This document shows positions 46,085 to 54,102 of a stretch of DNA of 54,102 bases, piece after piece (the stretch's first letter is position 1; every line of letters begins with the position of its first letter). A program made the position numbers and the translations under genes. Below the pieces are notes generated by a model. It was not told the DNA's origin and made no database searches. It saw only the letters and a program-made list of their open reading frames with translations. This DNA comes from a virus (lineage: Duplodnaviria > Caudoviricetes), in IMG/VR virus record IMGVR_UViG_3300048576_000547, positions 1-54,102 of that record, one strand, 5' to 3'.

Positions 46085-48316
46085 ATCAACCGCACCTGTT
46101 CCCATCATGATATGGTAATGTTTTATATAGCCGCATTCACTAAAAATCTTCTCGAACAACTCAAAAAATTTGTTTTCATCAATCTCGACTTCATCGACAT
46201 AACTTGCAGCATCGGAATGAGATTCTCTATCCATATAACGTCCAAATGCTGTATATGAAATATCCCCCTGATTAGCCTTGACTAGGTGATTTAAAGCGGA
46301 CGCCAGTTTATCTTCACCATCAATAAACGAGAAGAATTGCTCAAGAATATTCCTCATTGTGTTTGCAAGGAGGATCTTCGAGGCAGCACCATCTTTTATG
46401 TCTCTCAGCAATTGCCAGTAGGTTTCGTAATTATTTTTAATTTCTTTTTTTGACATGGGCTGAATATAGGTCGTCTTTTCCCTTTTTGTAATTCTAAACA
46501 AGCGATATTGTTTAGAAAGATCTTCGCCTTTGAAGTAGCCTAACAGCTCATGCAAAAAATAAAGATGGTGCGTAAGAACAAATATCTGGCGGTAAGAACC
46601 ATCTTTAAAAAACTTTTCTTTAATCAGCATCCCCACATCGAACACGAGATTAAATGATAAACTCGAAATCGGATCGTCAATAACTATTATTCGATTTGAC
46701 GTGCCTCCATTGCTCTCAATATCGGACACTCCGACACAAGCCTCCAGATAATACAGGAAGGAAATGAGCGTCTTTTCTCCCTCGCTAAGTGTCTTAAATG
46801 CATAGTCTTCGGGTGGACGATCATCACGAACAACCCTGTAAACAAATCTATTATCATCCTCTAAATTAACGCGTTGAATACTGAACCCATCCAGCCCAAA
46901 AGATCTCAAGCGGCTGTTGATGCGCCTAACGGACTCTTCAACATTTTTTGTCTTTTTTTGGTTCTCAATAACAATCTTTTCCAAAGAGCGTTCTTTTTCC
47001 ATGATGGAAGCCAGTTCCTTGGAAGCTTCTTCGTTCTTTTTGTTCAGCGCTGCTGATTGCAGTACATATGAGCTAATGTCAGCCTCATATTTTAGATGGA
47101 TAAGACCCCAGAAAGCGCGTTTTATCTGCTCTTTTGCAGTCGTCAAATTCTTCAATTTTTCATTAAAGGCGTTAAGCTCTTTGTTGTGATCAGATATTAT
47201 CTCGTTTATGCGCTCAACGAATGGCATTGTTGGAGCAAGAAGAACTTCCTCACCTAACGTTGCCAATTTCTTTTCGACAGCCTTCAGGTTCTTGTTTAAA
47301 CTATTTTGAAGATCAGTTGCGCAATCTAAAAATCCGCTGCGACTACTAATCTCAGCATCATCCCTATATTTTTGAAGAAGGGCCACAGTGCTTTCGTATT
47401 CCGCCCTATATGTTTCGTTGTGTTTTTGTATTTCGATTTTTTTGTTTTGATATGTAGCATCAACATGCGCCTTGATCTTAGTTCTAAGATCAGCGTCTAT
47501 CTTCTGTTTGCAGAATGGACATACGTCAGTTTTATCCAAATAGGATTCGATTCCTTTATTAAGCCACGTCTCATGGTTCAGCTTGGCAATCAGGTCACTT
47601 AAGTAGCTGTCTTGCGATCCAACAATTTTATCCTGAAAGATTAAATTGTTTTCTATGTCAGACACGAAAGGCTCAACCATTTGGAGCAGTGGCTTTTCTG
47701 CGGTGTCGCCAGCCGTCAGCTGCTCGTATTCGGTCTTTAATCGTTCAAGTTCGGCAGGTACATTTTCTGCTTGTTTCTCAGGAGAAGATGACAATAACAC
47801 CTGCTTCAGAAATGCGTCCTTGCTTCCCATGTATCCCATAAGACAGGGTCGCAACGATGTGTTTTCATACGCCTGTTTCTCACCCCAAACTTTCTCAGAA
47901 AGAGCATTCCTGTTTTGCATCCCGTCCGATTGGCAATCTGCAATAATTTTAGCCTGAGCCTCTCGAAGTGGAGATTGTTTTAGCAATTCAGAGCGAGCAT
48001 TTTTGATATTTGTCTCAGCTTCAGTATTGGCCTTGTCTAGCGTAAAGATACCCTTCTGGCAGTCCGTCAAAAGAAAATTATCTTCGACATATTTTTCATT
48101 ATAGACAAGAAATTCCGGCTTAATCAGGTTTGGCTTAAATTTTATATCGCAAAAGGTATAATCGCCAATCTTCTCTCCTTGAAAATACAGGAACTGCGCC
48201 AGAGTAGATTTGCCTGTTCCGTTGAGTCCGTAAAAGATGTTAACGCGCTTAAGTTCATCAAGAGTAACAGGAGATGAATAGCTGGCCACAGAATGAAGTT
48301 TTATCTCTTGAACCAT
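46052..48316 (-). CDS. rloC: RloC-like anticodon nuclease (Rad50/SMC-type ABC ATPase, zinc hook, HEPN)
   Basis: GLNGTGKST, CPFC hook within coiled coil, LSEGEK, IVIDDPISSL, LTHH, NTMRNILE and RYMDRESH; AT-rich; downstream of res. Confidence 0.8.
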   Translation of the reverse strand: MVQEIKLHSVASYSSPVTLDELKRVNIFYGLNGTGKSTLAQFLYFQGEKIGDYTFCDIKFKPNLIKPEFLVYNEKYVEDNFLLTDCQKGIFTLDKANTEAETNIKNARSELLKQSPLREAQAKIIADCQSDGMQNRNALSEKVWGEKQAYENTSLRPCLMGYMGSKDAFLKQVLLSSSPEKQAENVPAELERLKTEYEQLTAGDTAEKPLLQMVEPFVSDIENNLIFQDKIVGSQDSYLSDLIAKLNHETWLNKGIESYLDKTDVCPFCKQKIDADLRTKIKAHVDATYQNKKIEIQKHNETYRAEYESTVALLQKYRDDAEISSRSGFLDCATDLQNSLNKNLKAVEKKLATLGEEVLLAPTMPFVERINEIISDHNKELNAFNEKLKNLTTAKEQIKRAFWGLIHLKYEADISSYVLQSAALNKKNEEASKELASIMEKERSLEKIVIENQKKTKNVEESVRRINSRLRSFGLDGFSIQRVNLEDDNRFVYRVVRDDRPPEDYAFKTLSEGEKTLISFLYYLEACVGVSDIESNGGTSNRIIVIDDPISSLSFNLVFDVGMLIKEKFFKDGSYRQIFVLTHHLYFLHELLGYFKGEDLSKQYRLFRITKREKTTYIQPMSKKEIKNNYETYWQLLRDIKDGAASKILLANTMRNILEQFFSFIDGEDKLASALNHLVKANQGDISYTAFGRYMDRESHSDAASYVDEVEIDENKFFELFEKIFSECGYIKHYHIMMGTGAVDSKIVLLQTGS

Positions 48317-48336
48317 CTCCTTCCTCCATGACTTTC

Positions 48337-51270
48337 TTAAAAAGAAAATGTGGATTGTATCCGTTCATCAACAGGCCTTAGTTTCGCATATTCCAGCATG
48401 TCCTTAATGGATGCGCCTTTGTCGCGCCATTCGTAGAAAACGCCTTCACCAAGCAACACATAGTGCCACTCTGCATTCCCGCGTTGTTCGGGCGCAAGGC
48501 TGTTCAAACGGTCACACCATGAAACGGCAGCGCGTTTTTTCCGTTTAACATTCGGTGTGTTGACTTGTCCTTGTGCTTTCGTCTCGACGAGATAGATTTT
48601 ATCCTCACAACGGACAAGAAAATCGGGGTAGTAGAATGCCGGAAGTCCATCTTCTTTGACATAACGCAACCTTGTGAAGATGTGCTTCTGTTCATTGAGC
48701 TTGCAGAAAGCATCGACGGAACCATCTCGATCAACCGTCTCGATGAAGGCCCGTTCAAGACCGCCGCTACGAGAGGGATATGGCAAGCGCAAATAAATGC
48801 TCTTGCTGACAGCCAAAGACGAACTCTCTCTCATTGTCAGTTTTGGGACTTCTGATAACAGACGATGGGTCACTTCTGCATCTGCGGTAATTGCCGTTTC
48901 CTCAGCCGCCAAAAGCTGTCGCGCCCAAACCTTCATGACGTGTTCTGTTACTGGATCGACAAGCAGGATGCGCCAGTTTTCATCTGTAAACGGATCAAAA
49001 GCCCTCTCAAAAAGGCGTGTTCGGATATACTCGTCTATTCCGTTCGCTAGATATGCCCGATTAATTTGGATATGCGGAAATTCGGTATTCTTCTTGAATT
49101 TTGTAGAGCTGTCCGTAAGCGGCTGGCTTAAAGCCTCCGTAATTCGACGAACAACACGCCCGAGGTAGTCGTTGTATCCCGTGGCCGTCATCACGCCACC
49201 GTTGACGCGATAGTCACCAAAACGGGTCTTGTCCTGAACGTCCTCGGAATGGAACTTTTCTCCGATCCCAATCATTGCCTTGAGTTTATCAACCGAAAAG
49301 GTCGTAAAGGATTCAAGAGAAGAAACAGCAATTTCTCGCGTTTGCACTTCTTCTTCTCTCTCGCGGAGAATGAAGGGAATGGCAAAATCATAGTCCTGAT
49401 AATTGGGGCGCATCCCTATAGCCACAAGGTCGCCATTAGCGGAACCACCAGTGTCATCGTCATCTTCGATCTCACCAACGAGACCCTCTTTAATCAATTC
49501 TTCGTAAAACTCGATGAAAGCTGGATGTTCGACAATCGATAGAATGTCGATCATGCTTCCCGGCGTTTTACCTTCTCGAATGAGCTTGCGATTATCTCGC
49601 TTGATGTCGTCAAAGTCTGTGCCACGCCACATAAGGCGAAGACCGCGTCCAATCGTTTGTTCCAGCAAAATCCCAGCAGCAGAAGCGCGAAGCGGGACAA
49701 TGACGCAGATGTTGTTAACGTCAAACCCTTCGCGAAGCATTAACACGCTAATAACGACGCGTGGGTGGGCGTGGCGATCAACATCGAAAAGACGCTCACG
49801 AAGAACCTTCCACTCGTCCATCTTAAGTTCGCCTTTGCGGTTGGAATCAACACGCAAAATCTCTTCTTGTCCTAAACCCTCTAGTTTCAGAAAGTCTTCG
49901 ATCAAGGGCGTTACGGAGGTATCTTCGCAGACCACGAGCATCTTCGGGTGACGGTCGGGATCAAGCTTGGCAAAATCTTCTTCAAGCTTCCGAAGCTTTG
50001 TTAGCCCTGCGCGAAGCATGATGCGTTGGCCCTCGGCAAGCTGCGGATTTCCGTTTTCATCACGATATGCCTTGAACTCCAATTGTTCGTCGGACAGCGC
50101 ACCAATTTCGCTACGCTTGTCAAGAACAAGGGACTTAACCAGCCCAAGTTTCATCGCCGTTTTGAGATCGAAGTCCACCACAATATGGGGGAAGAAAGAC
50201 TTTTTAGCATTTTTGCCAGTTCCGACTTCATTGTAAGGCGTTGCCGAGAAGTCAACTTGGACAAAACGGTCTGCCTTTGGCTCAGAAATCAGTGAAAGGC
50301 TTTTCTGCCATTCAACTTCAGAAACTTCTCCTTCACGTTTGAACTCGTGAATATGGTGGGCCTCGTCATTAAAGACCATTAGGCTCGGAAGCTCACATAG
50401 ATAATTCAAAATGCCGCCGCGCTCAAACCGCCTATTCAGCACATTAAGATCGTTGCCCTGTGAGGTTCCGGGCGTCAATGGGAGAAGATCGCTGACAACG
50501 TCTTTTGCATCAGGGCGCGTGCCGGGAGCAAAGACCATTTCTTGCTGCCCATCATCTTCGCCTTCTTCGCTCAAAACATGCCAGTTAGCGATGGCTATAA
50601 CGCCCCCAGAAGTGACTTTTCTCCCAATCTCTTCCTTGGGGCACACAGCCCCCTGAACAAAGCGAAATACTTCGTCGCGGTGTGCGGCTGGGATGAAAAG
50701 CTCTTGAAACGTCGAAAGATCGGACGTGACGAAATTGCGCTTTCCATCACGCTCCTTGCCCTCAAAAGCATCGCGCAAGCGGTCATAAACAATCAGCCCC
50801 GGCGCAACTATCAAGAAATTCTTGGTGTATCGCGGATTGCTGGGGTCACGGTTGGCGTTGAGGACTTGCCAAACCATAAACGCCTGCAAAACCCACGTTT
50901 TGCCTGTACCTGTTGCCATCTTGAGGCAGTATTTGGGACAATTGTTTTTTGGCGCGCTAATAATGTCTGCTGCTTGCGCGCTTGTCATCAAGACCTCAGG
51001 AGCCACGTTCTCATAAAGCCCCTTAAGTGTCGTCATACCAAGAACTTCGTGGGCGTAAATGACATTTAGGATTGCGGTTTTTTGCCCCTCATGAAAATTG
51101 TAAGGGCGCGTGTCTAGAAAATCTTGCTGAAACCACCATTTCAAAAGCTCGGCGGTTGTATCGCTCACTTGTGACAGTATAGGGGCGTCTCCATTCTCAA
51201 GGCCAACGCAAGCCTCAGCAACACGAGCAGAAAGAAGGCGAGCGAGGGTAAGGTCATTTATGCTTGCCAT
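48337..51270 (-). CDS. res: Type III restriction endonuclease subunit
   Basis: MATGTGKT, NDEAHH, FSATP, LREGFDV, EQTIGRGLR; C-terminal PDF...VETK nuclease. Confidence 0.92.
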   Translation of the reverse strand: MASINDLTLARLLSARVAEACVGLENGDAPILSQVSDTTAELLKWWFQQDFLDTRPYNFHEGQKTAILNVIYAHEVLGMTTLKGLYENVAPEVLMTSAQAADIISAPKNNCPKYCLKMATGTGKTWVLQAFMVWQVLNANRDPSNPRYTKNFLIVAPGLIVYDRLRDAFEGKERDGKRNFVTSDLSTFQELFIPAAHRDEVFRFVQGAVCPKEEIGRKVTSGGVIAIANWHVLSEEGEDDGQQEMVFAPGTRPDAKDVVSDLLPLTPGTSQGNDLNVLNRRFERGGILNYLCELPSLMVFNDEAHHIHEFKREGEVSEVEWQKSLSLISEPKADRFVQVDFSATPYNEVGTGKNAKKSFFPHIVVDFDLKTAMKLGLVKSLVLDKRSEIGALSDEQLEFKAYRDENGNPQLAEGQRIMLRAGLTKLRKLEEDFAKLDPDRHPKMLVVCEDTSVTPLIEDFLKLEGLGQEEILRVDSNRKGELKMDEWKVLRERLFDVDRHAHPRVVISVLMLREGFDVNNICVIVPLRASAAGILLEQTIGRGLRLMWRGTDFDDIKRDNRKLIREGKTPGSMIDILSIVEHPAFIEFYEELIKEGLVGEIEDDDDTGGSANGDLVAIGMRPNYQDYDFAIPFILREREEEVQTREIAVSSLESFTTFSVDKLKAMIGIGEKFHSEDVQDKTRFGDYRVNGGVMTATGYNDYLGRVVRRITEALSQPLTDSSTKFKKNTEFPHIQINRAYLANGIDEYIRTRLFERAFDPFTDENWRILLVDPVTEHVMKVWARQLLAAEETAITADAEVTHRLLSEVPKLTMRESSSLAVSKSIYLRLPYPSRSGGLERAFIETVDRDGSVDAFCKLNEQKHIFTRLRYVKEDGLPAFYYPDFLVRCEDKIYLVETKAQGQVNTPNVKRKKRAAVSWCDRLNSLAPEQRGNAEWHYVLLGEGVFYEWRDKGASIKDMLEYAKLRPVDERIQSTFSF

Positions 51271-51272
51271 GA

Positions 51273-53321
51273 TCAGACCTCTACAATTGCTTCGGCTTCA
51301 AAGCCAAAAACGTCCACTACGCGCACACAAACACGGCGACTGCCTTCTTTTGCAGGCAAATCTGACAGGCGGGCCGTTGTAACAACGCGGAATGGATCAT
51401 CATCGTTCTCCGTATTTCCGCGATAATCTTGCCAAACGGAACGGAACACATGGCCATCATAATCGGGGTCAACACTCCAATACTCAATCAATGCCATCGG
51501 GTCTTTGTTGACAATTCCTTGAAGCTTCTTCCTGTTGGCCTCGTCAAGGTTGAGCGCATCGGGAGATAAAAGAACATAATTGTCGATCTCAACCGTTAAG
51601 CTTTCTTTATCTGCATGCTTCGTCCGTTCAACGGGCTTGATCTTCACATACTGAAGTGAGGAGAAACGAACTTCTTCGGCCTTCAGTTTGTTGCCTTTCT
51701 TCTTCAATCGGTCGAGCAAGTCTGGCGGGATAACAAGCACCTCAAGTTTATCGCCTTGATTAAGCGCCTCAATGTCGTGCCCTATGTTTGAATCAAAGTT
51801 CCAGCCTAAAATAATGACCTTATCCCAGCCCCCCATCAAATTGTCACGGATTTCAATGGCTCTTTTGAGTGTAGCAAGGCCTGTGAGCTTGTTTGGGCTG
51901 TCAGCGAGAACAAGCGTTTTGGTGTGTGAAAGCCGCCCCATATTGCGGTTTGGATTTTCTTCGACAGGAAGAGGTAATGCGCCAAAAAGGCCGAGCACAA
52001 TTTCAGAGAGATCGCCAACACGAAACTTGCGCCCCATCGTGCTGCGCGCCATTTCCACTTGGTAATCACCTACGTGTTGATAAAGAAAAGGTAGGGCATC
52101 TTTATCGATAAGCCTTTGACGTGTGATCATGCATGCGGGCTTTCCTATGTCTGCAACAATCCACCGGCGTCCCAACCGTTCCGCCACAGATGCTGTTGTT
52201 CCAGATCCTGAGAAAAAATCAGCTACTAAATCATTGGGGTTGGAAGATGCTTCTATTATTCTCTGTAATAATTTTTCTGGCTTTTGTGTAGGATATCCAA
52301 CAAGTTCCTGCCCTGTTTTGGACGGAAGGATGTCCGTCCAAATAGATTGAACTCTTCGCCCTTGTTCCGCATTTTCATCCATGTACTGCTTAAGGTAGGG
52401 AGTCCCCGTAGAGCTATAATAAATTCTGTTTTCAGCAGATAATTTATCAATTCCTTCTTGAGAATAACTCCAGTGTCTTCCTGAAGGGGGAGCAATTTCT
52501 TTCTCTTGGAATACACGAGATGGCCCAGATCCCGGAGCCGTTATAGGGCCGGCAAAGAAACGACGGCCAGTTTCTGGCTCAACCAAGTTAAATCTAGTGG
52601 CCAAATGTTCGTCTGTTAACGGAACAAAAATAGGATTAAATGTATGATCACCGGATTTTCCATACGAGTAAAGAACGTCATGTACTACACCAAATTTCCC
52701 TGCATCGTTATGCGCACCGGTTCTTTGCCAAATGATCTCATTTAGAAAGTTTTCTTTCCCAAAAACTTCGTCAGCAATTATCTTTATGTAATGCCCAACA
52801 TGGTAATCCAAGTGAACGTATATTGTTGCTTTATCAGAAAGCAGCTCTCTTACTAGACAAAGCCTTGGAACAAGCATTTGAATATATGATGCGGTTCCAT
52901 CTTGCCACGTGTCTGAATAGGCAAACTGCTCAATCGCAGTTGGCTTTTGCTCAATGTCACCTCCCGGAAGTGTGATCTTTGTTCTATAGTCCGCCTTACT
53001 GTCGAAAGGGGGGTCAATGTAAATCAAATCCACTTTCCCTCGCATAGAAGGCATTTCATCACTGCCTGCAAGGAGTGCTGCAATCGCCAGCAAGTTGTCG
53101 CCATAAATAAGGCGGTTCATATTAGCTGGATCAAGATCATGCGAAGCCTTCTCAGCCCTAGCGAACATATTTTCCCAATTCGTGTCGCGCGAGGGTATAA
53201 CGAGCTCGCGGGTCTGAAGGCCAATACGATGGGCGCTTTCCAATCGCTCCATAATGCGTTCGGCCTCGCGCTTTCCTTCTGTGACGATGGTTGGCAGTTG
53301 TTCCAATAAACTCTTGGTCAT
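51273..53321 (-). CDS. mod: Type III modification methyltransferase subunit
   Basis: GDNL, YIDPPF, YPTQKPE, DFFSGSGTT; start at ATG 53321 (MTKSLLEQLP). Confidence 0.93.
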   Translation of the reverse strand: MTKSLLEQLPTIVTEGKREAERIMERLESAHRIGLQTRELVIPSRDTNWENMFARAEKASHDLDPANMNRLIYGDNLLAIAALLAGSDEMPSMRGKVDLIYIDPPFDSKADYRTKITLPGGDIEQKPTAIEQFAYSDTWQDGTASYIQMLVPRLCLVRELLSDKATIYVHLDYHVGHYIKIIADEVFGKENFLNEIIWQRTGAHNDAGKFGVVHDVLYSYGKSGDHTFNPIFVPLTDEHLATRFNLVEPETGRRFFAGPITAPGSGPSRVFQEKEIAPPSGRHWSYSQEGIDKLSAENRIYYSSTGTPYLKQYMDENAEQGRRVQSIWTDILPSKTGQELVGYPTQKPEKLLQRIIEASSNPNDLVADFFSGSGTTASVAERLGRRWIVADIGKPACMITRQRLIDKDALPFLYQHVGDYQVEMARSTMGRKFRVGDLSEIVLGLFGALPLPVEENPNRNMGRLSHTKTLVLADSPNKLTGLATLKRAIEIRDNLMGGWDKVIILGWNFDSNIGHDIEALNQGDKLEVLVIPPDLLDRLKKKGNKLKAEEVRFSSLQYVKIKPVERTKHADKESLTVEIDNYVLLSPDALNLDEANRKKLQGIVNKDPMALIEYWSVDPDYDGHVFRSVWQDYRGNTENDDDPFRVVTTARLSDLPAKEGSRRVCVRVVDVFGFEAEAIVEV

Positions 53322-53325
53322 TAGA

Positions 53326-53556
53326 TTACTCTTTCCGCGCTTTTGTTTTCTGATGCCGTGCGCGAGTCCATTCGTCGATTTCGTCGCCCCGAAAGCGCCA
53401 AGAACCCCCAACCTTAAAGGCTGGGATTTCTTGCCGCGACAAGAGGCTGTAGATCGAACGCTCCGTGACCTTGAGGTATTTGGCAACTTCCTCAACGGTC
53501 AGGATTTCCGGCTTGGATGATTCGGCACGCTGTTTCATACAGCGTAAAGTATTCAT
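53326..53556 (-). CDS. Excisionase-family (HTH_17) DNA-binding protein leading the R-M operon
   Basis: ILTVEEVAKYLKV...IY.L....IPAFKVGGSWRF; start may be ATG 53538. Confidence 0.88.
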   Translation of the reverse strand: MNTLRCMKQRAESSKPEILTVEEVAKYLKVTERSIYSLLSRQEIPAFKVGGSWRFRGDEIDEWTRARHQKTKARKE

Positions 53557-53670
53557 AAATTTTCATTCTTGCAATCCTCCATTAGCCCCAAACAGGCAGT
53601 CAGGGCATTTGTCAGAGGAATTGCTTCAAATGTGTCGGAAGTCCAGTTCTACAGTCCTTTTCTTGATTGG

Positions 53671-54102
53671 TTAATCCACCTGTTGCGCCGTCAGGAACAT
53701 CGCTTTTTCTAGGGCAGTGAAGAACTGCTGGTAGGGCTGCGGATCCTCGATGGCGGTGATGTTGTACTGGGCGTTGGAGCGGACGATGAGTTGGGTCGTG
53801 CCGCGATCACGGACGCTGACGGTCATGCGCATGGCGTAACCGTTTAATTTCGTTCCGCTTACTGTACCCAACGTGGCATCGGCCTTGTCGATCACGAAGC
53901 CAAGATCCTGAAGCGTGGCGATGATGGTGCGCAGGGTTTTTGCCTTGTCGGTCGTATCGAAGGCGCGGCTTTGCATGTTGCGCAAGGCAACTTGGCTTTC
54001 GGACGTTTGAAGCACCTGATCGCGGCTGTTGGTCTGACAGGCCGTCAGGAGCGAAAGGGCAAGAAAGGATACGGCAACGGTCTTGATTGCTTTGCGGGAC
54101 AT
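53671..54102 (-). CDS. Lipoprotein of unknown function, probably right flank gene
   Basis: Signal peptide with lipobox LTA-C; TLQDLGFVI..AD..LG.VSG. Confidence 0.8.
   Translation of the reverse strand: MSRKAIKTVAVSFLALSLLTACQTNSRDQVLQTSESQVALRNMQSRAFDTTDKAKTLRTIIATLQDLGFVIDKADATLGTVSGTKLNGYAMRMTVSVRDRGTTQLIVRSNAQYNITAIEDPQPYQQFFTALEKAMFLTAQQVD

Larger units (their letters stand above)
452..53650. mobile_element. Temperate prophage (lambda-like head and cos, GTA-like long-tail module, serine integrase), apparently intact
   Basis: Ordered integrase, immunity, replication, packaging, head, tail, lysis and defence modules with no obvious frameshifted core genes. Ends are approximate because att sites were not found. 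Confidence 0.93.

Noticed and set aside
53322-53495. N-terminal extension of mod in the 740-aa ORF call
   Set aside because: It overlaps the excisionase-like gene in another frame; the plausible start is ATG 53321.
2701-53650. 13-bp direct repeat GAAGTCCAGTTCT at 2701-2713 and 53638-53650 as attL/attR
   Set aside because: Recombination here would leave the integrase outside the excised circle. Both copies are the TGGA half of the shared TGGA-N16-AGC motif, so a regulatory role explains them better. Comparison with an empty-site genome would settle it.

Overview
The window holds what looks like one complete ~53 kb temperate siphovirus-like prophage (about 452-53650) with one flanking gene on each side. 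The host is probably an alphaproteobacterium, inferred from gene content and CtrA boxes. Modules from left to right: large serine integrase with DUF2924; immunity region (XRE repressor and Cro with ATCC-N5-GGAT operators); recombination and replication (RuvC-like nuclease, AAA ATPase, SSB-like protein, SF2 helicase, C5 methyltransferase, Cas4-like nuclease, primase-helicase, iteron-like origin); a lambda-like cos site; two ParB-fused methyltransferases; a leftward accessory cassette; a lambda-type head; a GTA-like tail with a -1 frameshifted chaperone; lysis genes; and a defence island (type III R-M plus RloC-like anticodon nuclease). The most notable signals read from the sequence are: (1) a chemoreceptor plus PraR/StaR-like XRE moron inside the tail operon behind a perfect CtrA box, with a second perfect CtrA box in the cI/cro switch; (2) a C4/CI-like cloverleaf antisense RNA with complementary target sites in front of that moron; (3) a two-chain C5 methyltransferase whose motif IX and WPTP repeats are encoded in an overlapping +1 frame; (4) a bipartite motif TGGA-N16-AGC shared by four leftward transcription units; (5) two helically phased 10-bp repeat arrays upstream of cos. 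All family names come from motif recognition by eye. No database searches were run, and att sites could not be identified.
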